Below the pieces are notes generated by a model. That model saw only the letters and a program-made list of their open reading frames with translations. It was not told the DNA's origin and ran no database searches. This document shows, one piece after another, positions 57,205 through 64,000 of a stretch of DNA of 64,000 bases. Position 1 is the first letter of the stretch, and each line of letters begins with the position of its first letter. The translations under genes were made by a program, and so were the position numbers. This DNA is from Candidatus Woesebacteria bacterium GW2011_GWB1_39_12 (GTDB taxonomy: Bacteria; Patescibacteriota; Microgenomatia; UBA8517), in assembly GCA_000993405.1 (NCBI GenBank), contig LBWB01000009.1, forward strand, positions 77,848-141,847, written 5' to 3'.

Positions 57205-58266
57205 TTAAATAGTCCTGTTCCCCGATATTGCAGAAGTAATGTCTTCAACTATTCCATTCTTACATTCCCCACATAAATTTTTTCCTGACATACAAGCTTG
57301 TAATACCTGCTCTAAAGTAGCATCTTTTAAGACTAGGTCTGCAATTTTAAAAAAAGAACATTTATGAGGATTTCCTCCAAGTTTTTCTTGTTCATTCACC
57401 GAACGACCTCCGCTTACTGCTTTTATTAATTTCTTCCGATTTACTTCAGGATCGTCTCCGAGAAAAACAGCCGTATTAGGAACTTCAATAGACATTCTTT
57501 GTCCATTATTGCTTTTTAAACTTGGCAAAAGTAAGCGGTAGGAAAAGCTGGGCGGACTGACATTCAGTCGTCTTGCAACTTTATTTGTAATCTCAGCATG
57601 AGTAACCTGCTTAACATCCGCTGTCACTAGAGTTGGTTTTTCTGGCGAAATTAGCTGAGGCAATAAGAAAGAGGCAGTGAGTGTACCCGGTGTATTTAGC
57701 TGGTTCATGGTAATTTCACCGGCATTCCACCCATACAATCTCAAGAGTTCTGCAATTTTTATTTTATTATCTACAACGGATTTAAGAGATCTTATTTCTG
57801 GTGAATCGACATCCGAATACACATATTGAGGAAAAGCTAAATCCTCTTTCAATACACCCCTTATAACAGTCTTCCAAAATTCTCCTACTTTTGCTCTTGC
57901 CTGATCAGTACTCAAAAAAGTATTTGCTTCATGACCGGATACTACAAAAAAGGGTTCAGCTCCGTGTTTTATATGCCAAGCGATCTCTCGTCCTAAAGTT
58001 ATATGACCCGCATGAAACCGAGAAGGTTTGAAACCAACCAAAAGATTATAACTTTGACCTCGGTCTATTTGATCGAATATCTGATCAGGATCCTTCATTG
58101 CCCAAACACCCGTCTTTGCTAAAGATCTAGCTAAATTTGTACGTAGTCCTTCATATTCTGATAGTGGTGTTAATCCAAATTGTTGAACTTTTTTTCGACT
58201 TTCCTCGCCTAAATCGCCCACCCAGGACATTCTAAGTTCTGACAATAAGCTTGCATTCTCACTCAT
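57205..58266 (-). CDS. Divergent archaeal/eukaryotic-type tryptophanyl-tRNA synthetase paralog
   Basis: GFKPS.FHAGH (HIGH), RMSIE (KMSSS), AVSGG..EQEKLGG.P.KC, C.SG..LCGECK. Confidence 0.8.
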   Translation of the reverse strand: MSENASLLSELRMSWVGDLGEESRKKVQQFGLTPLSEYEGLRTNLARSLAKTGVWAMKDPDQIFDQIDRGQSYNLLVGFKPSRFHAGHITLGREIAWHIKHGAEPFFVVSGHEANTFLSTDQARAKVGEFWKTVIRGVLKEDLAFPQYVYSDVDSPEIRSLKSVVDNKIKIAELLRLYGWNAGEITMNQLNTPGTLTASFLLPQLISPEKPTLVTADVKQVTHAEITNKVARRLNVSPPSFSYRLLLPSLKSNNGQRMSIEVPNTAVFLGDDPEVNRKKLIKAVSGGRSVNEQEKLGGNPHKCSFFKIADLVLKDATLEQVLQACMSGKNLCGECKNGIVEDITSAISGNRTI

Positions 58267-58278
58267 TTTTTCACCTTT

Positions 58279-59097
58279 CTAATTTATAATTGACTGATTT
58301 TTCAAGAAAGTTAATGACTCCATGTATTTTGGTTCGCTGAGATACTTATTGCATTTTTCAAAATATAAATCCGGAAAATCAAATCGGTCATGACTATAAG
58401 CTCCGAAAGCCCAAAACCGGGAAGTATACTCAACAGCTTTTCTATTTATATTTTTCAGTAATCCTCCAGTAAATCTATATTTGTTTCTGCTTATTTTTAT
58501 TACCAAATTTAATTTAATTAAAGTATTTGGCATCGTTTCTCCCATAATTCTCCAAATATCCTGAAATTTGGGTGAAACATAGTGCTTGAAAAAATACGAA
58601 TGATAATGCGGGTACAAAAAGGAGTAAGACTGAAACACACTGGCCACAATATTATTCCTATTTAAATTTTGAATATTCTTATTTTTACTAAGATACACCA
58701 TAAAGGGGGTTATTAATTCTAAAGAGACTGAAAGTATTTCCTTATCATCCATAAGATTTCCTATCGAAATAAACGGGTTTAAAGTCTTACCGCAGAAATA
58801 CCCACCATATTTTCCTTCTCGACCATCTTTTACGAACTCTTTCTTGGGTACGATATAAAGAGTTACAGGATGGTTTTTATAAGAGGCGCTAATTCTTCTG
58901 GGATTACCGTTTGAATTAGTAATCAACATAAAATCCAAATCACTGCCCTCTTTTAACTGATTTGTGATCAGACTGCCATAGACTATCCAGACATGATCTT
59001 TTTTATAACTAGATTCTAGATTTAGCCTCTCAGATAGATACTTGGTTGACTCGACAGCTAGCTTATAATTTTTCTCTGAAACAATAGATTTATACAT
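58279..59097 (-). CDS. Pol-beta-superfamily nucleotidyltransferase-domain protein
   Basis: VYGS.......GSDLDF motif. Confidence 0.72.
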   Translation of the reverse strand: MYKSIVSEKNYKLAVESTKYLSERLNLESSYKKDHVWIVYGSLITNQLKEGSDLDFMLITNSNGNPRRISASYKNHPVTLYIVPKKEFVKDGREGKYGGYFCGKTLNPFISIGNLMDDKEILSVSLELITPFMVYLSKNKNIQNLNRNNIVASVFQSYSFLYPHYHSYFFKHYVSPKFQDIWRIMGETMPNTLIKLNLVIKISRNKYRFTGGLLKNINRKAVEYTSRFWAFGAYSHDRFDFPDLYFEKCNKYLSEPKYMESLTFLKNQSIIN

Positions 59098-60202
59098 ATG
59101 TATGGTAGGACTTATCTATATATTGGAACGGTTGTCCTGCATTTCCAAAAGTTGTCTTTACTGCTTCGGCAATAATTGCGGGCATTAGTTTTTGCTTATT
59201 CCAATAATCTAAGAATCGTATTTCACCAAAATACAATAACCCCAAATATTTATTTATATCCTGAATATCCTTCCAGGTGCCGTTCATTCTTGTAAAGACT
59301 TCTACTGCGACTTTTTGATAATTTTGTATTTCATTATTAAAACCGTAATTATGATTGATGATTATTCTGCCAAACTCAATTTTCATTTCACCTAAAGTTT
59401 CTGCAGAAAAATATCTATAAGACCACCAACCATACATGTGAGAAAGCATTTGCCTCCAATCATTATGAAAACCAGACCACTCCCAATCTACCAAATACCA
59501 GCCGTTACCGCTTACTACAACATTCGATGGCTGAGGGTCACCATGACAAAGTACACCAAATGAAGGAGCATCTACTCTTTCCAAACGCGAAAAACACTCC
59601 TCTAAAGATGGATAAATGACCCCATTAATTTTTAAAGGTAAATTAAAATAATTTTCTAATTTTATATTATCTGAAATTTTTATTTCTTTTACCCCTTTGG
59701 TAATTCTTTCCAATCTTGGTTTATAAGGCCGAGGAGACTCCTCTGAGAGATAGTTATGTTTAGTTTGCTCCCAAACATCAACTAATGAAAAAACCACATC
59801 ACTCCATATAGACAAACATTTAGAGCATGTTTTAGGTTTACTACAAATCAATCGATGTAATGTTTCTGTGCCATATGCATTACTAATCATAATTTCATAA
59901 TTTCCTACTTTTTGAACATTTAAAACTTCTGGTAAATTTTTGTAGTACTTCGATAAAGTCAAATATCTCGCATACTCATCGAATAACGACAGTCTCGGAT
60001 CTTTTACGCATTTTACTGCATAAAATACTTCTTTCTGGGTGTCACCATAAATATAGACCTTTGAATTAGACGATCCTGAATGTACAGATAATAACTGCAA
60101 TCTGTCCGAACTAGTAAGCTTTGTAACTAACTTATGGGCAATTTTTTGAGACATATTATCAAATAAAAATAAAAACCTCCTTTTGGTAGAGAGGTTGTTC
60201 AA
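59090..60202 (-). CDS. Aminoglycoside phosphotransferase/choline kinase-like kinase
   Basis: GSSNSKVY, AVK, HGDPQPSN, VDWE. Confidence 0.85.
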   Translation of the reverse strand: MNNLSTKRRFLFLFDNMSQKIAHKLVTKLTSSDRLQLLSVHSGSSNSKVYIYGDTQKEVFYAVKCVKDPRLSLFDEYARYLTLSKYYKNLPEVLNVQKVGNYEIMISNAYGTETLHRLICSKPKTCSKCLSIWSDVVFSLVDVWEQTKHNYLSEESPRPYKPRLERITKGVKEIKISDNIKLENYFNLPLKINGVIYPSLEECFSRLERVDAPSFGVLCHGDPQPSNVVVSGNGWYLVDWEWSGFHNDWRQMLSHMYGWWSYRYFSAETLGEMKIEFGRIIINHNYGFNNEIQNYQKVAVEVFTRMNGTWKDIQDINKYLGLLYFGEIRFLDYWNKQKLMPAIIAEAVKTTFGNAGQPFQYIDKSYHTYV

Positions 60203-60453
60203 AACTTTATTCTTTAAACGGAATTAAGGAAACAACCTCCTATGTAAGGAGGACAAAGTTTAAGTAAATAAGATTTTTCAAAATAATCACGGTTATACTT
60301 ATTAGTTTAATATACTATAAGATATCTGTCAATCGTAAAATGATATAAAAAATCACCACCTGCTTGTCTAAAAATCTAATTTAGACAATCCGAATTGTCA
60401 ACAAGTGAACTAACTCTTGACCAAACATTCAGATACACATATAATAATCCTGT

Positions 60454-60532
60454 CCTAAGATAGCGCGCAGTCAAAAGACATAAGACACGCCGAGGCAAAC
60501 AAAGTTTAAGACGCCTCGTGCGTCTTTTTTTT
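60454..60532 (+). promoter_or_regulatory. L10 leader (rplJ autoregulatory RNA)
   Basis: ctaagatagcg...taa...cgccgaggc core upstream of rplJ. Confidence 0.6.
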
Positions 60533-60556
60533 ATCGAAGATACGCGAAGTATTGAA

Positions 60557-61075
60557 ATGAGAAAATCTGAAAAACCATTTTTTGTATCAAATTTAACCGA
60601 GGAGCTCAAAGGCGCGAGCTCTGTTATTCTTGTCGACTACTCTGGTTTAACAGTCAAGTTGCAGCAGGATCTAAAAAAGCGCCTGAAAGAGATCGGTTCG
60701 AATATGTTTGTCGCTAAAAACAGACTTTTCAAGTTAGCCGGAAATGAAGCCAAAATGCCTGAAGAAGTCCTGACAGATACCGCTTTAACCGGTCCTACTG
60801 CTTTTATTATTTCCGAAGAAGATCCTATTGCCCCCCTGCAAGTTATTTATAAATTTGCAAAAGAACACGAAATTCCGACTTTCAAGGCAGGAATTGTTGA
60901 CGGTAAATTTCAAGATAAAGAAGCTCTCAAAATATTAGCTCAACTTCCTTCAAAAGAAGTTCTTTACGGACAATTAATGGGAACCATCGCGAGTCCGATG
61001 TACGGATTGGTATCAACTTTGCAAGGAAACTTACAGAAATTAGTATATATATTGAAAACAAAATCACAAGCATAA
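60557..61075 (+). CDS. rplJ: 50S ribosomal protein L10
   Basis: DYSGLTV, VAKNRL, LTGPTA, LAQLPSKE. Confidence 0.96.
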   Translation: MRKSEKPFFVSNLTEELKGASSVILVDYSGLTVKLQQDLKKRLKEIGSNMFVAKNRLFKLAGNEAKMPEEVLTDTALTGPTAFIISEEDPIAPLQVIYKFAKEHEIPTFKAGIVDGKFQDKEALKILAQLPSKEVLYGQLMGTIASPMYGLVSTLQGNLQKLVYILKTKSQA

Positions 61076-61168
61076 GGGGATTATAAGATAAGAGTGACTA
61101 GTCTCTCTTTGACTCATCACTATCATCCTCTAATCCTTGAATCCTAGATACCAAAGGTGGTGATAATT

Positions 61169-61630
61169 ATGACAGATGATATTAAAAAAGAAGAAGTAAA
61201 AACTGAAAAAAAGGATACAAAAGTATCTAAAGGTGTTGAAGCTCTCGTTAACGAAATCGCAAAACTTTCAGTTATGGAACTGTCCGAACTTGTAAATGCT
61301 TTACAGGATAAGCTCGGAGTCAGTGCGGCTGCTCCCATGATGGCCGCGTCGAACGTGGCTGCGCAGACAGCAGGGCAATCCGCAGAAGGCACAAGCGAAG
61401 CTCAATCTGCTTCCGGCGGAACCCAAACCGTAACAATGACTAATGCTGGAGGAAATAAAATAGCCGTAATTAAGGCTTTGAGAGAAATCAACCAAAATTT
61501 GGGACTAAAAGAGGCAAAAGATATGACAGAACAGGTTCCTGCAGAAATTCTAAAAGACGCTAAAGCTGAAGACGTTAAATCCGCTGCAGACAAACTCAAA
61601 GCAGCCGGCGCCACGGTAGAGCTGAAATAA
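61169..61630 (+). CDS. rplL: 50S ribosomal protein L7/L12
   Basis: LSVMELSELV, KIAVIK, LGLKEAK, AGATVELK. Confidence 0.97.
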   Translation: MTDDIKKEEVKTEKKDTKVSKGVEALVNEIAKLSVMELSELVNALQDKLGVSAAAPMMAASNVAAQTAGQSAEGTSEAQSASGGTQTVTMTNAGGNKIAVIKALREINQNLGLKEAKDMTEQVPAEILKDAKAEDVKSAADKLKAAGATVELK

Positions 61631-61671
61631 ATTTCAGTCTACGTGGTAAACCACAGTAGAATTAAAATAAT

Positions 61672-62274
61672 TCACTTAAATATTATCAGTGTGAAGTCTT
61701 TCATACGGTAGTGGTGGCGAAAAATAACTTTTGGGGATAAACTCAAGCAGAATTTTAAAATTTCTAAAGAGTTTGCATACCATACTTTGTATTTTTCTTT
61801 ATTTGTAGGCTGCGGATAGCCTCCTGCCATATTAAATACAACCGCCTCTTTCGCATGATCGAACATAATTTTTATTGCCTTTTCCCTGCAGTCCATAGGA
61901 TATTCAACATTTGAATTTAGAGTTCCCGAAGTAAGAACTATGTCAAACTTTTCTTGCAGAGGTTTGCCAAAATAATCTCCAATAATAAACTCGTGTTCGG
62001 GATGTTTTTTGCGAGCTATTTCTATAAATTCAGAAACCAAATCTATTCCTGTATATTCAAAATGTTTCGCTTTTGCAGAAATAAAGGGAATAATATCCCC
62101 AAAACCGCATCCGATATCAAGAACGCTTTTCCCTTCAATATCAACGTCTGCAACTAGATTTAGGAAGCGAACTTCTTGGGCAACCCTTGATCTAAACCTC
62201 AGAGCTTTAGGACCAACACCAAATTTTTTATAAGAGGCAAGATATCTTTCCTTAATTTTTGATGTTTCGCTCAT
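61672..62274 (-). CDS. Class I SAM-dependent methyltransferase
   Basis: VLDIGCGFGD, YTGID, SGTLN. Confidence 0.9.
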   Translation of the reverse strand: MSETSKIKERYLASYKKFGVGPKALRFRSRVAQEVRFLNLVADVDIEGKSVLDIGCGFGDIIPFISAKAKHFEYTGIDLVSEFIEIARKKHPEHEFIIGDYFGKPLQEKFDIVLTSGTLNSNVEYPMDCREKAIKIMFDHAKEAVVFNMAGGYPQPTNKEKYKVWYANSLEILKFCLSLSPKVIFRHHYRMKDFTLIIFK

Positions 62275-63154
62275 ATAGAGTTTCGAAATATTTTATAATC
62301 TCTTCTGCAGCATTAATCCCGGTATACTTTTCGAATCCCGTAAACTGGGGACCCGGGTTAATCTCCAAAATATACGGTTTACCCGTATTTTTATTCACCA
62401 TTATGTCTACTCCTGCTATCTCTGTTGCGGTAATTTCACTCAGTTTCTCGGCAATATTTCTTATTTCAGGATACTTTTCTAGATCAAATTTCTCGCCTCT
62501 CCCACCAAGGCTAATATTACTTCTGAATTCATCTTTCTTCGTCGGAACTCGCTTCATGGCTCCGATTGCTTTATACCCAACGGTAAAAACTCTGATATCG
62601 CCGTCGTTTGGAATAAATTCACGAATAACAAACGAGGGTGATTTTTGTTTATTTTCCTCGATCACTTTCTCTACTTCCTCCGGAGAATCTACCTTGAAAA
62701 CACCCCTTCCCTGTCTTCCTTCTGAAATTTTAACAATTAAAGGAAATTCAAAATTATCTATTACCGACCTTACCGACTTTGAGTCAAAAACCAGTGCAGA
62801 TTTTGGGAAAGGAAGCAGATTTTCTGTTTGTTTCAAATAATCGGAGGCTGGGGTTAAGTAATAATTGTAAGAAGAATCAATTACCTTTTTATTAACAATT
62901 ATCGTACGCATCTGCCTATTTAAAAAATTGACGGCCGTATACCACTCCCAGCGTCTTTTCCCCACCGCCCAAAGGTAGATAAGATCGTATTTAAGTTCTT
63001 TACCGCGAAGGGTGGGTTTGAAAATATCGGGCGTTGAATAGATTGTAAGCTCTGACGTATAACATCCTTCAACGGTATGACCACGCTTCTTGCCTTCCTC
63101 TTTAATTCTTTTAAGTTGAGGATTTCTAACAAGACCGACGATTAGAATTCTCAT
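62252..63154 (-). CDS. RimK-family ATP-grasp ligase
   Basis: GRQGRGV, DIRVF, FRSNISLGG, AGVD, LEINPGP. Confidence 0.9.
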   Translation of the reverse strand: MRILIVGLVRNPQLKRIKEEGKKRGHTVEGCYTSELTIYSTPDIFKPTLRGKELKYDLIYLWAVGKRRWEWYTAVNFLNRQMRTIIVNKKVIDSSYNYYLTPASDYLKQTENLLPFPKSALVFDSKSVRSVIDNFEFPLIVKISEGRQGRGVFKVDSPEEVEKVIEENKQKSPSFVIREFIPNDGDIRVFTVGYKAIGAMKRVPTKKDEFRSNISLGGRGEKFDLEKYPEIRNIAEKLSEITATEIAGVDIMVNKNTGKPYILEINPGPQFTGFEKYTGINAAEEIIKYFETLYERNIKN

Positions 63155-63228
63155 GGTTAAATAGTCAAATAGTTATATGGTTTTAATGCTTTTTTAACAA
63201 TTCAGCTATTTAGCCATATAACCATTTT

Positions 63229-64000
63229 TTATATTGCATTTTTTATAGCATATTCGACAAATACTTTTGTGATATTTTCTCCGGTTGCGGCCTCCATTCC
63301 GATCATCCCCGCCGTATGATTTACTTCCAAAATATATCTCTTACTGTCTTTACTAATAAGCAAATCTACCCCGCCCACGCTTATGTCCACTGCGTCTAAA
63401 GCCGCCTTGGCAAGCTTTTCGTCTTCTTGATCAAGGTCAAATTTCTCAACGCTTCCGCCTAGAGAAAAATTGGCTCTGAATTCTCCCTCGCCGGGGATTC
63501 TTCTCATAGAGTATATTTTATCTCCGATAATTAAGACTCTAAGATCATATTTATAGTCAATGAATTGTTGTAAAAGGTAACTTTTAGCCTCGCCGCCATT
63601 TTCCTTTATCCTTGAAATAAATTCACCAAGCTCCTCTTCATTATCAAATTTATAAACTCCTGCGCCTTTACCTGTTCTTGTCAATTTAACAACGACGGGA
63701 TATCCGATTTCTTGGGCAGCTTCCGCGAACTTATCAAAATCGTGAAGATGATACGAATCTGGTACGGGTACGCCTGCATCTGCCAATTTTATGAGATCAG
63801 AAATTTTATTGATAGAATATTTATGGACTAATAAATTGTTGTCAAAAACCTTTACGCCTTTTTCTCTCAAACCGACAATATGAGAAGAAATGCCTTTGAT
63901 ATTATTGAAAATTCCCCGCAAAATAAGCACGTCAGGTAAATCATCCGTAGGTTCAATAAATAATTTGCCGTTCCTTATAGCATATTCAAACTTCAAAAGA
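63229..64000 (-). CDS. RimK-family ATP-grasp ligase (5' end probably beyond window)
   Basis: GKGAGV, DLRV, FRANFSLGG, GGVD, LEVN. Confidence 0.88.
   Translation of the reverse strand, partial: LLKFEYAIRNGKLFIEPTDDLPDVLILRGIFNNIKGISSHIVGLREKGVKVFDNNLLVHKYSINKISDLIKLADAGVPVPDSYHLHDFDKFAEAAQEIGYPVVVKLTRTGKGAGVYKFDNEEELGEFISRIKENGGEAKSYLLQQFIDYKYDLRVLIIGDKIYSMRRIPGEGEFRANFSLGGSVEKFDLDQEDEKLAKAALDAVDISVGGVDLLISKDSKRYILEVNHTAGMIGMEAATGENITKVFVEYAIKNAI

Overview
Chromosomal segment of a low-GC, reduced-genome bacterium. Gene content and style (short EF-Ts, cohesin/dockerin surface proteins, REP-like and heptamer repeats inside genes) suggest Patescibacteria/CPR, probably Microgenomates. Core blocks are rseP-frr-tsf-rpsB, folD-glyA, topA-dprA-mrdA-mreB, def-fmt-rpmB, 6S RNA plus tRNAs, rpmG, rel, rnhB-rpsU and secE-nusG-rplKA-rplJL. 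Accessory modules: (1) a pyrimidine-nucleotide island whose thymidylate-synthase homolog carries dCMP-specificity residues (PCI, PND), predicting a dCMP methylase, next to a dCMP deaminase and divergent kinases; (2) a ~16 kb cellulosome-like cohesin/dockerin cluster; (3) an intact tRNA-Thr(GGT) nested in a REP-like hairpin that interrupts another tRNA gene; (4) a kinase + nucleotidyltransferase + degenerate archaeal-type TrpRS operon between rplA and rplJ; (5) an ORF enclosed in a structured RNA. Short deletions in rpsB, glyA, mrdA and a cohesin gene look like assembly artefacts. All calls come from motif recognition by eye; no searches were run.
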